From the NCBI RefSeq assembly GCF_023343835.1, contig NC_064433.1:177371076-177435075 (forward strand): a stretch of DNA of 64,000 nucleotides, given 5' to 3'. Below the pieces are notes generated by a model. It saw nothing but the letters and a program-made list of their open reading frames with translations, was not told the origin of the DNA and did no database searches. The DNA comes from Lagopus muta (Eukaryota). The translations under genes were made by a program, and so were the position numbers. How positions within the stretch are numbered: position 1 is the stretch's first letter; the number at the start of each line of letters is the position of its first letter. Shown here piece after piece: positions 1 through 12,600 of this stretch.

Positions 1-882
1 CCACTGATTTCTAAAGATTAACAAGCAACTTTTTTCGTTTTCCTAATCATAGTAAAATGGAGTCTTGTCGGTTTAGCATTCTGTGATTTTACTGAGGTAG
101 AGATTCCTGGTCTTGGCTGAAATCAGCTGGAGCTTACTGCCAGTCACTGATAATCTTTTGTGAGCTTGGGCTGTGGTCTGATCCTGCAGAGATGTGTACA
201 CCCACAGAATTTTATCCTCTTGACTAGCACCACCACCTCTGTAGAGTCACTGGGGTGTAAATCTTGGCAGCTTCTGTGATTTGGATGTAATTTTGAGCAA
301 AAAAGTCTCTAGCATGAGGTGAAAGAGGGTTTTCCTTCGTTAGAGAATATTACTTGTAACATTCAGATCTGATTGCTATTTAGAAATCTTGCAGCTTGAA
401 ACTAAAATGCTTACTGTGGTAAGCAGTTAAACCTGTAGAGTAATACTTGGAAAAAAAAAAAAAATCATTGTTCTTTAAAACATTAGTGTTAGAATGTGAA
501 TAAAGTATTGGCTCCTTTAAATATTCTTACTCACAGTCTGAACTGTTTAGTAAGCTTTAATATGCATTTAATTTCTTATATGATGTGACCACTTTAGATT
601 AGCTGGGTTCACCCTTCTAATGTCACAGCTAAATGTTTGTACCATGGTAATTAAACGTTTTTATGTTGATTACATAAATGGTGTAGATATTTATTTGCAA
701 GATTTCTCTGATCAGATTACTTACCACATTAACAGCTGAATTAAACTGACAAACTGGTTTGCAACGTTGATCTGACTTTGCATCAGATTACTACATTTGA
801 AGTGATTGTGAATTCTTTGGCTGTTATGGCTGTTGATCTTAATGTGTCCTTCTGTACATTTTAACTGCAAAATTTTTATTAG

Positions 883-1079
883 GGAAAGAGAACAGCCTCC
901 ACGTTTTGCTCAACCTGGAACATTTGAGTTTGAGTATGCTTCACGTTGGAAGGCTCTTGATGAGATGGAAAAGCAACAGCGTGAACAGGTTGACAGGAAC
1001 ATTAGAGAAGCCAAAGAGAAACTAGAGGCAGAAATGGAAGCAGCTAGACATGAGCATCAGCTAATGTTGATGAGGCAAG
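883..1079 (+). CDS. PSPC1: PSPC1 coding exon, coiled-coil/NOPS region (G)[65 protein letters not shown](G)
   Basis: The acceptor is tttttattag|G at 881-882 and the donor is CAAG|gtaaaa at 1080-1081. The translation matches the recalled DBHS-family (PSPC1) coiled-coil sequence. The exon starts with one base and ends with one base, consistent with the next exon (G|AT = D). Confidence 0.85.
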
Positions 1080-4000
1080 GTAAAAAATCAGATAATGTAT
1101 TAGCATTAATTCTTTCCTTTTCACAAATTTTCTGTCTGTAGCATATTGAGCTGTATGTAAAATGTAGAGATTTCTGGTAGATGCTATTTAATTAAATGTG
1201 TTGAACCAAGGCAAAGGAAGTAGTATTTTTCTGTTTGTGTAGTCTTTGAGGGTTTGCAGTAATGGATTAAGAAGTTGAGAAAGGGGAGGTTGCCTAGGTG
1301 TATTTTTTCACCTAAGTTTTTGTGCTATAAATAGTTTATATCACAAGAATGAATGGTAGCCTCAAATTCATCTGTAAAATTATGTTTTTGTTGGTGTTGT
1401 TTATGGTACTAGATGGGACAAAGCACTGTTTGTGTGTCCTGGGCAAGAAAAAAAATGTAAAATGATGGTTTGTAGTTACAGCTGATCGTGCCTCTCCAAT
1501 ACAATCCAAAATAATTTTACTCTTTTTTTTTTTTTTTAAACATTTGAAACCCAACTGAAATCTGTATGCACAATTATTGTAGGCAACTCAAAGTAAGTGG
1601 CAGTTGTCATTAACCTACATTATTCTTGAAAGTATAAAATGGTGCATCACTCTTATTTAACTTGGTGGATGTGCTCCCTTTCTGTAGTTTTGGGGGAAAG
1701 AAAGTCCTTTAGAAACTGTTTTCAAGCCCTACCCTCAGGAATGGAGCTGAGTTGAGCTTGTATTTCTGTGGCAAAGCAGAAACAGGGCAGGTAGCTGATA
1801 TTTTCTGCCTGTTGGTCTTTTCCCAAAAAGCTGGTGGCCCATAGTTACTGCTGTTTGCATTGCTTTCAGTTGAGAACTGCAGAACACCATTTGATCTTAG
1901 CAAAACTAATAACTTTAAAAACTATGACTGGAAGTTGTCGTTAGGAAGAAGTTCACCTATCCTCTTGTTTCTCAGTGAGTGTGCTTGCGCTAAGTGAGAA
2001 ACTGTTTATATAAGACCTGGTGCTGCAATACGGAGCATAATAAAATAATAAGAAAAAACAACAAATTTCAAATGCCAAATAGTTACTGTAGCTCCTTTTA
2101 TGGATGCTGAAGGAAAAAGTTCTCATTTTTTGGAATATCTTTTAAGATCCACTTTTACACAGAAAGAAAAAGACTGTTTCTTCTGCTGAAGAGCCACTGG
2201 AATAAGGATGTTCCTGGTGTCAATATTCCATTGAGAAGATTGGCTTTTTGTTGCTGTGGGAAGAGGGTTTGTCATTCCTCTTTGATTATAATGGAGCACT
2301 TCTCTTTGGTACCAAACAACCTGGAATTTTGTGCAGGAACTCAGATTTGAGCTTATTGATATGCAGGAATTTGAATAGCTCAGCTCTCAGCATGTTTCAT
2401 GTTTTTTTTTTCCTCTTACCAACTCTTCAGCTTCAGCATATATGAAAGTAACCTGATGAGATTGAATTGTGTGCTTTTTAAGAAAGATGCAGTGAAATAT
2501 AAAACATCAGAATCAGGAATGACTATTTTTGCATATCTGATGCACAAACGAAATGACTGGTTGCAAAGGTTGTTGAAATAGTTATTCTGAAACATGGAAT
2601 GTAAAACTATAGCATAGTAGTTAGCAGGAGCTAAAAAGATGAGAAGAATGAGTTGCCTGCAATCCATATACTTTAGCAGACAAAGGAGAACGAGTTTTAA
2701 TGAAATTGCTTTATCAGAGGTGTGGGGACTTGCACTGAAACATGCTGGTTGAAGTACCTGAATTTTCATGGCATGGTATTAACACTGAAGATAAAGACTT
2801 CATTCTTTCAATGTGTGTGATTTCTCACTTTTAAGTGTCACGTTTTGACAGATTGAGTCAGAAGTAATTTGTAAAGCAGAATACATGCTTCCATGTGTAA
2901 GTAAATTGGCATGATATTTCTGATCTGCATATTGCTGGTATGCTTTAGAGTTGTGTAAATATTTCTTCATGATGACAGTGAAATAGTTTGACAAAGTACT
3001 AGAAGATTTGACTAGATTTAGTCAGAAACTTCATTCTTCTGCATGGGAAGTGGCCATTTGCTTTCTGTTTTTAGAACCTGAAAAATTAGCAGCTAAAACA
3101 GTGCAGCTTTTTGGTCTTGGTATGGCTGTGTGTAGGATTAACCCCTGAGATGAGGGGTCACTTTCACCTTCAGTCCTTGAATCTGCAAAAATTTGAATAT
3201 TGAAACATCTGTCTTTTTTCTTCAGGCATGAGAAGATGAGGAAGCCAATAGTCATGCTTTCCATCTGTTTCACAGCTATCAGCTTCAGTGCAGTTTTTTT
3301 TCTGTTCAGAGAAAGGACCCATGTCCAATAAATGTCAGTCCAGAATCAGCAGTGTTGCAAATTCTCTAATATGAGAGGCTCTGTGCCCAGCCCAAACATC
3401 GAGATCTTTATTTTTGTCTAGCTAATGAAGCTTTGTGTCAAGATTCTGCCACTGTTGGGTGGTACCAAACCTAATTGTTGTGCTCAGCTTTTAAGATGTA
3501 ACAGTTTCAGGAAAGACAGGAATCAGAAACAGGCCTTGAAAATTTTTAGAAATGTGTGAAATTAGGGCTGCAGTGCTTAGAGGGGAGAAAATGATAAATT
3601 CATAGCAGTTAGCAGTAGAGAGAAGGTAGAAACTGTTGCAGTGCATTAATGTAAGGAAAAAGGGGATGATAGGTAAGTGGGAAATAGAATGAAGACAGAT
3701 ACCTTTTCCCACAGTGACCAGTGCTGAATGCACAATGGGTTCATTCGTGATCTCATGACTACACTGAACCAATCTAATGTTACTTTAAGGAGTCTGTCAG
3801 AGTATGGAGATAGCATTGGCTAAGCCTGCTACAGTATGCACTGTTGTAAGGAAATGGTCCTGTGACTTTTTGATTTGAATGAATCTTTGCTTTAATCATT
3901 AGTCCATGTAAATACATTGACTTTGCAAAGTGGGTAAAGGCAGGCCTGCAAAGCTTGAGAGAAGACTTACACTGTCTGTAAGGATGTTATCTGGTAAACT

Positions 4001-4996
4001 TTATTAAATATATGGTAAAATTCTGGTGACCTGTGGTAAAAGAAAACAAATGCATGATATTTTGGTAAATGTAGCAGTGTAAAAGTTTATAATAATATGT
4101 GCTGCTGCAAGCTTGAGTTTTTTGCAGAGTAAATAAAATGATTTAATTGATGTGGTGAAAAAATGCGTGTAAAAATGTGTGGAGTAGTTGAACTCAAGCA
4201 TAAAACACATCTAATGGTGTCTGTAAATAACATGGCCAATGTTATGAAGATGGAATATGCAAACAGCTGCTTTTATTGTGGTAAGAGGTGGAATTAATAT
4301 TCACTGAAGAATGTGTGAGTTTCCAGACAGAAATCAGTGGTCTGACTGGGCAGCATTAAATAGTGCTAAAGTAATTATTATTAGTTCTGACTTGCTTTTT
4401 AAGAGTGTTTTAAAGTGTTTTTTAAGGAAGAATATGGCTTTTCTTTCTGGTGGTGTTAACAGTTACAGTTATTTCTAAGTGACTGTAAGGCCAGTCATGA
4501 TTAATCGCTCCGGAGGTTCAGATCACGTGCACCTCAAGTTCATTTCACTTGTTTCTGGTGTGTTGTGCAATTGTCTGCAATAGATGATGGAGAATATGAA
4601 TTGCACTAGTTTCCTTGCTAAAGGGACTTCAGCAGTATGCAGCACTGTGAGAAAATGGATACCTTGCCAATGCTGCAAAACCAGGACGTGATTAAAGTGA
4701 TTGAGACTTTTTCTTAAGCTCCCCTTCTCCTTGTTTGAGGGCTTCAAATTTCTGCGTCCATCACCTTCTTTGGAGGGCATAGCCGGTGTAGTGCCTTTGC
4801 ATGTGAGCCTTGGGTCCTTGTGGTTTTTCATATGGCAAGCTTGGCTGAATGGGGGGGAGCTGCTTAGACGTGTTGAGAAATGGCTTTAATTTTAAAATTG
4901 ATTATTGTTAGAATGGTAATCTGATAGTGATGTTGTTGTTGTTACCGTGTTGTTAATTGAGAGCTTTTATATTCATTATGTTTTGAATCCTGGTAG

Positions 4997-5081
4997 ATCT
5001 CATGCGGCGTCAGGAAGAATTGAGACGTTTGGAAGAACTTCGGAATCAAGAACTTCAGAAACGCAAGCAGATACAGTTGAG
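4997..5081 (+). CDS. PSPC1: PSPC1 coding exon (D)[27 protein letters not shown](R)
   Basis: The acceptor is cctggtag|AT and the donor is TTGAG|gtattt. The reading frame continues from the previous exon, and the sequence matches the PSPC1 coiled-coil. Confidence 0.85.
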
Positions 5082-6285
5082 GTATTTTTGTCTTGTACTG
5101 TATGAAGTTGTGGCAGTAATTTAAAGCGTGCATCTGCTGTCAGCCTGCACAAGTTTAGATACTTTGGTGTGCAGAGCTTTTAATACAAAATATGAATGTC
5201 TACCATTTAAAAACTGTTTTCCAAAATCGTAACAGGAAATGTTTCTGTTAACATTCTTGCAGAGAAGAATGGTCACTTATGCTAATACAAAAGACTAGTT
5301 GCAAGTATTTATAGTATTTTTTCATTTATTTCAGCTCAGTTGTTTTGTAAATATCTGAGTTTTCTAACAAGCTTAGAAATGTTGTAATGTGGATGTTTCA
5401 TATGATGACTTACTTTTCAATGTGATGGAAGCATAGTTGTAATGGAGCTGTAGTAGAACACGCTTGGAAGATCGGGGGTATTCATCTACTGCATGTAGAA
5501 GTGTAGCATTGCAGATTTATAGTCAAGAGTTTTGGGAGTGTTTTCTCGTCTTACTGTAGTGCTTTGTGGCACTTTGTTTTCTGGTGTATTGCTTTTCTCT
5601 TTAAGAGCTGATTCTTATGAATACAGGGGCTGCTCAGAGTGTAATTCCTCCTATCTTATGATGTTGGCCTATGATGTCTGAGGCGGATGTTGGTGGTAAA
5701 GCAGTAGAGGTTGAGCCTTTGCACCAGTATTCTGTAAGATCTATGGCCATGTGAGAGTTGGAGCAGAGGCGTTGTCTGATGAAATGATGTATGACGTGGA
5801 AGTATGTATGAAGCTGAGTTGTCATTGAATAACTCTGTACAGAAAAAATGGCACCCAATGACATTCCTTGATGCTTGCTGGACAATTTTGGGGACCAAAT
5901 AGTGGATGTGAGCATACTGAGGTGCTGGGTGATTCATTTCAGCAGTGGTGACAGTGGGTCACTTCTGGTGCAGATTTTTACAAGTGTGTCATGCAGGCTT
6001 TTGTTTATCACTGACAGAAATGCAGAGCTGGTGGTGGTGATTGTTGAAAAGTAGTGTTTTGTAGCTGAAGATTTTCTCTATCAAGTGGTGTTACTGTGCT
6101 TTTTGTATCGGTTGTAGTTTCTGTGGGAGTAAATAGGAGGCATTGCTTTTGAAGCAATATATGTACTTCTTATAACTACTTATATTAAATATCTCAAGAA
6201 ACGGAGAGGACGCAAAAGAACAATAAACTGTATGGAGTTAGCAGTTTGGCTGTAGGCAGTGTTGAAATATTGTAATCCATAGTGG

Positions 6286-6311
6286 TTTTTTTTTTGTTTG
6301 TTTGTTTGTTT
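6286..6311. repeat. T10 followed by a (GTTT)4 microsatellite
   Basis: The sequence is ttttttttttgtttgtttgtttgttt. Confidence 0.85.
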
Positions 6312-6569
6312 TAAAGCTTTTGAACCTGCTTACTTGTTTGTACAGATTAACTGTAGGCAGAAGAACAAGAATATTAGTATTGTGGATACCTGAATACTCG
6401 TTAAACAAAAACACTTTGGTAGTGTTCAGGCCCATCAGGTTGAGTAGATTAGTGCCTTACCCTGTATTAAAAGCTAGTACCTTACGTGCTGATCTTAACT
6501 CCTGAGATTGGTTATGAGCCCGAACAGATCATGAGTCTTAATTTATGTAATTCTTGAAAAATATCCTAG

Positions 6570-6678
6570 ACATGAAGAAGAACATAGACGGCGTGAAGAG
6601 GAGATGCTACGCCAGAGGGAACAGGAGGAATTGAGACGGCAGCAGGAGGGAGGATTTAAGCCAAATTTCATGGACAAT
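6570..6678 (+). CDS. PSPC1: PSPC1 coding exon [36 protein letters not shown]
   Basis: The acceptor is atatcctag|A and the donor is GACAAT|gtaagt. The frame is continuous (AG|A = R). The sequence matches the human PSPC1 stretch ...[37 protein letters not shown]. Confidence 0.85.
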
Positions 6679-9600
6679 GTAAGTAGAACTTTGACTAAAG
6701 TTGAAATAGTAAATATTTTACTGTAGTTTTCAGGGTTTTTTAATACTTTGTCGTATTGAACTGATATCTCATGTGCTGTTTTTCCTTCAGAACTCCGTTA
6801 TTCTCATGAGTGGAATGGCACAAATTTAGTAGTGTAATTTTTTTGAACTCTGACATCACTGTCTTGTAGGAAAATAAGTAATTCAACATTTCAGCTAATT
6901 GAAGGTGTTCAAATTATCATTTTCCTTTTTTATTCAGGAAGTTAAGTTTTCCAAGAAAATCATTTAGTTTTTTTAAGTGGAAGGTTAGAGACTGGATAGT
7001 TATGGGCATGAAGAGGTGCCTTAGTTGAGCTGAAAAATTTAATTTTTAAATGATTCATACTGCAAAGCTTCTTCAGTTGCTTATTATGTGTTATGCTTAA
7101 TTTATTATTAATAATATACTTTAGAAACAGGCAGTGGAGCTTCACATGAAGCCTAAAATCCCTTTCTTTGAGACCTTTCTGTTAGACTAGATGAGGAAAA
7201 TCTCCAGATCTGTACTGAAGATGACCAAAATATTCAAAGGAAGAAAAAGATCTTTGCCACAGTTGCTACATTAAATAATGTAGCAGTAATGTATTTAGGT
7301 CTGTTCAGCCTTTGAAGCCTGGTCTGGAGGGAATAGCAAAATGGAGATATCAGAGGAATCAGCTTCCTAAATTTTCAGGATGATCTCTTTTGGCCATGGG
7401 TATGGTTTCTGCCAACCAGAACAGTGAAGTGAGCACAAAGCAGTTAAGTGCTTTAATTTTATGTAGTAAAATACTGCTAAAACAGATTTTAGTGGGAAAG
7501 CAGTAAGTAATGCACATAGTGATCCTCTGTACAGGTTCAACTTGATGCATAAAATGGAAACGAGTTGCTGGTTTCTTAGCTGCTTTCTGATTTGTACTTT
7601 GTGGAAGTAATGTTTATTTTACATGGTATACAATACCTCTGCCTGTAGAACACTCTGAAGAGTGTACTGAATATGTTCTGAGACCTCCCAAGAGAAGATA
7701 GAACAGGAATCTTTTATTTTTCCTGTTGGATTTAGGATTCTTAGTAAGGATAGAGAGGAAGCAAAATAGTTCCTTTGTGATGTTACCAACTGCTGTCAGT
7801 TGATTTTGCTGATTGTGTTTGAGAAACTCGCAGCTGGAAATAGGTGGTAATTTATTTCCCTCCGTGCTCTCACTGTAAGGAAAACTGTGTTCAGGCATAC
7901 ATTTTTTTGGGGGGATGATGATCTAGAACTGAAAACTTAAAATAACCTTTAGTGCATTCCTGTTATTAAACTGGTAAGTCATATTTTGCAAAACAGGATG
8001 TAGCAATCATCTGATGTAATCTAGAAGTGATACTGAAGTGATTCTGACTTCTCTAGAGCCAAGTATGTAATTTCATTTCATGTTAATGTCATAACATCTT
8101 TTGGGGGCAGTTTGACTTTGTGATTGTGTAAGTTATGTGTCAAAATAATCCCGTGGCTGAGCTACAAGATCCCTGTTGCTCACTGCTGAGAGCTGCAGGA
8201 AAGAGATGGCAGCAGCTTCCTTCAGTTCCTTTTGCTGTTGGGTAGCAGTGTTTTCCCTGCAGCTCAAGGCTGAGGGAGTGCTGGATAATGCTGGTCACAG
8301 CAGCCTCTATTTAATTGCTTTTTGCAGCTCTTTGAGGTAAGGTTACTTAGTCTATGAGCTTGAATTGCTTGCCATCCTCATACTGTTCTGCATATTTAAA
8401 TTTGGAAGCTCTTTTGAAGCTCTTCAGATTATGTGCTGGACATAGGAAAATGTCATAGCGTAAGGAAGAAAAAGGAATAGTTCAGGTGGAAGGCATTTCA
8501 ATCACTGTAATTTATGTGATTTTACACACTGAAATTTTGTGGGAAAAAGAGTTGGAAGGAATGTTCTAGAGTGTGTGGAGCTCTCCTACTGAGTTTTGTT
8601 CGTGGGGATTTTATTCATTCATCTGGAATAACATACGGTGTGAGATCGTATAGATGTAGTTGTGCAGTGAGAAGCCTGCCAAAAGAGATACAGGTCGACT
8701 GAAGGAATATGAAGCATAGCCATCTTCTTTTTATATCACGTGAACTCGAAGTGATGTATACAATAATTAATCAGTTTTCCCGTGTTTTGAAGAGTGTTAC
8801 AGTCATGTGATGACTACTTTGCTTCCAGTTTTAATTCTTCCTCTTTAAGGGCATTGAGAGTGATTTATTGTTTACTTACTTTAACACCTTTCTAATAAGG
8901 GCAGCTATGAAACAAAGCATGACATATCATTTCACAAGCATTTGTTACAACATGTCTTTAGATCTGTGTTGAGGTTGTGATGTATGAATGGAGGTTTGAA
9001 AAAGCCTTTGCATTTTGGAGCCAATAAGAATTATAAACCTTATCTGGAGGTAGCAAAATGATGCATCTTTTACTCTATTTAATAGAACTTCTTATATAGC
9101 TGAAGTTTTTTTGATTTATTCTAAATTTGTTTACTGTAAACAGATTCCATGTGGTAGTTTCATCTAGTCCTAGATTACCATTGTGCATATGTTGAAAAAA
9201 GCTAATTTCAGTTTTGAGAGTATAAAGTTGCTTCTTTGTTAGCACAACATCTTATGGTACTGGGGTGTAGTTTTTAATCATATCTGGTCTTGATGAACTC
9301 TTTTGGCTTAAATTATGTAACATGTTGAAGTCTTCTGCCTACCGTGTACTTAGAAGGCAACCGATAATTTTCTAATGCTTGTTTTTGTTTCTTAAAAGCC
9401 TTGAAAAGTAAGCTTCCTTCACTTATATCCTATTCCTTATTACTGTTCAGTATAAAAGGAGGACATAAACGGTAAGTGCGATGGCAGCCGGAGTTGGAAC
9501 TTGTCATACAAGCTGCTGTATCAGGCTTTCCTGTTTAAAGCTTCTTTCTGTGTCTTTATCCTAACTTGTTAAACTTTTATTTTTCAGTGTGACCTCTTTT

Positions 9601-12600
9601 AAAAATTTATTGTAATGGAACTTCATGCAATTAGCAATTTGGTTTAGTTACAGTTGGTAAATGTTTTCTGTATGAGCGTTGCCACTGGTGTAGCATTCAT
9701 GGTGATGTTGTATGTGTATAAAAAAATCTCATTGCATTGACTGCTAATCCAGTGGGCTTCCTAGTGATGTCCAGACAATTTATCAAACTAGTTGTGCAAT
9801 CTATAGTAGGTAAGCTGTTATTTACATTTCCACATCATTTTAGAGTTTTTGCTACATAAAGGTTGTTTAGTTGAAATCTGCTATTATACCTGACCATATT
9901 TATGCATTCTAATAAATGATACGATATCTTTTTCCTATAATTTTTATTTTGCATATTTCTTTCCTCCTGAAAGGAGAGCTTGGAGATGATGATTATAAAT
10001 AAAAAATGTTTTTCAGCAGCACAAATATACTTTAAATTAAAAATATTTATTCTATTTCTAAGTGCTTTTAATATATTATTTGCTGTGCAGTGGTTAGTAT
10101 CCAATTGTGAATGGCTTATGCAGATACGCATTTATTCTGAATCGGTCTTTTTGCTAAATAATTCCTAAATAATTGCTAGGGAGTATTTTTTTTTTTTTTT
10201 TTTTAACTACTGTCATTGATGTAGAAGAGTGAGAAGAGAATAATTTACGTCTTGTGTATTGAAATAGTTCTCAAGTGTTTACAAAAGAGCCCCGGATTTG
10301 TGGAAATGCTGTTCTTTTTTTGTGGAACACATGTATAAACATGTCCAAAATAATATTGTGAAATATTATAAGGTAGATATTGTACTTAATGAAACAGTAG
10401 CTACAGTACTGTCCTTCAGCACCTCTTCTTACTGATGGTTTAAAGATAGAATTGAGATTTTTAGATGCCTCTCTCCTGTTTTTTCCCATTCCTGCATGGG
10501 GACCTTCCCCTTTTCAAGTGTAGCTTCACAAATAAGGAATTGTTTTTTGACAATCCGTTTCAATTTCTGAAAGCTTACTGCTCCTTTTGTGGGAGACTTT
10601 TTATTCATACTTAATCTTTTACACTTCTTATTTTTGTAAATGAACTCTGAGTTTCCTGTCCTTTTATTTTCTTAAACAAAAGCTCCACTGCTGAGTATGT
10701 AGCATTAATAGCAGAATGAAGTGGCAGGCACTCGAGCAATGGAGGTTGCTTCAACAGCGCAGATATAATGGACTTGAAAGGTGTAACACAGTGGAGGGTT
10801 AAAAAAAAAAAAAAGCAATCAGAAAAGAACACATCAGAACAACAGCAAAGTTTGCAGTTTGAGGAATGCCAGAAAGGTGGTTAATGTAATTTGATGTCTT
10901 TGTCCTAAAACTGCTCTAAAGAGAGAGAGTTCTTTAAATGAAGCTTCCTCCTAGCTCCTATCAACTATTTCAAGCCTGCTGTGGTGTATCTGAGGAATGA
11001 CTCATTTCTGCATTCCCATACAACTTCAGTGGTAGATTTCTTTGAGAGAAGAATGTTAACTGGATTTTCTTACACCTCTGTAATTCAGCAGTCTGTTTTT
11101 GGACATCTAGACTCTGCAGTGAACAGAACTGAACAGATTTTGTTCCACCTTCTAATCCATTACCAAAGCACCAGTTAGACAAGAAGTCTGCATTCACACT
11201 GTATGCAGAATTCTTTCTTACCTTGTTCAGGAGAAAACTAAGTTAAGGCAGTTTCCAGTAATAAATTCATTAACAAAAATTTCCAAAGATACATCTTATT
11301 CCATAAATTGCTTTGGTATTTTGGAGGTTTAATTCGCATTAATTCTGTGACCATTTTTAGCATGATTCATAATTGACTTTCTAAACTGATGTGCATCAAG
11401 GAGGTGATTTTTCAGTAATGGAGCAAATTATCATTGGAATGTTAGATTTTATTAGCAATTTCATATTTCAGTATGTGCAAACTATTAATATTTTAGATGT
11501 GTTATCTTTTTTCCCTATGTTAAGCTTTATTATGAATATCTAACACTGTAAAATTTGGATCTTCTACCTGGTGCAGTAATGCTTGCACAGAATGTTTAGA
11601 ACATACTAATATTTACCTCCTGTAAACTTGTAGAAAGAACAAGTGGCCATTCAGAAGTCATACCATTAATGTGCTATATCAAATACGCATAGATCTCCAG
11701 TACAAATTTACTTGTAGGCATTCCTGAGATTGTTCTCATCTACAGTTACTGATACAGATCTTTGTCCCTGGTTTTTGTTTTTAGGTTGTTTCTGTTTATG
11801 AATTAATTTTCAGTAAGAACTGATGGACCAGGAAACTTAAAAGAACATTTTTCTGAAGATGGTTCTTATACAATGGCAAATGGCCATCAGCCTTTGTCAG
11901 TCATAGTTTTTCATGAGGCCTTAGAGGAAACAGATGCTTTTTTTTTTTTTTTTTTTTGAATTATTAATGGAAAGAGTTCAGCTGCCATCTAGTGCTTGTT
12001 TATAAAATACTCAACTTGCTTGCTTAGTTTCTCCTTGCTTAATGGATTTTGCAGGTGCAATTTAAAAAGCTCCATTAGAAAGCAAATCTGAGGACTATAG
12101 TCCATATATTTAATGTAGTTTATGAAACTTATTACTGCTCACAAGTTTTAATAAATCTACCTAACAGAGTTCCACAAATACTGCTAACTATCTAACAAAG
12201 TTCCATAAGTACTGAGTTTCCTTGAGTTTTCTGCCTTCTGACATACAAGAACAAAGCATTTGTAGAATAGAAAAAAAATCTCGTATTAATGTAATTGTTT
12301 TGTTAAATGCTGTACATATTTAAGAGACTAAAATTAACATTTGCTTTAATCATTTTCATTTTCTTTTCCTCAGCTACTGGACTTAAATTTAACTTGGAGT
12401 TTTTTACATGTGTTTATCCAGACTAAGAAGAGATAACGTTCAGTTTCAGTTGTCTACTCAATACCTATTTTGGACTTATCCACTTGTGTGAATCCTGAGA
12501 TCCTACTTGAATTGAAACTTGCAGCCAAATAAGTTCCTGTACTTAGCTAAGTTTATCTTTATTCAAAGGGTCTGCATTGAAGGAAGAACAAAACACCTAA

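Noticed and set aside
833-1141. 102-aa + strand ORF spanning PSPC1 exon 883-1079
   Set aside because: Only 883-1079 is exon. The ORF extends through the GT donor into the intron (..[14 protein letters not shown]..) and begins in the upstream intron. The true gene structure is spliced.
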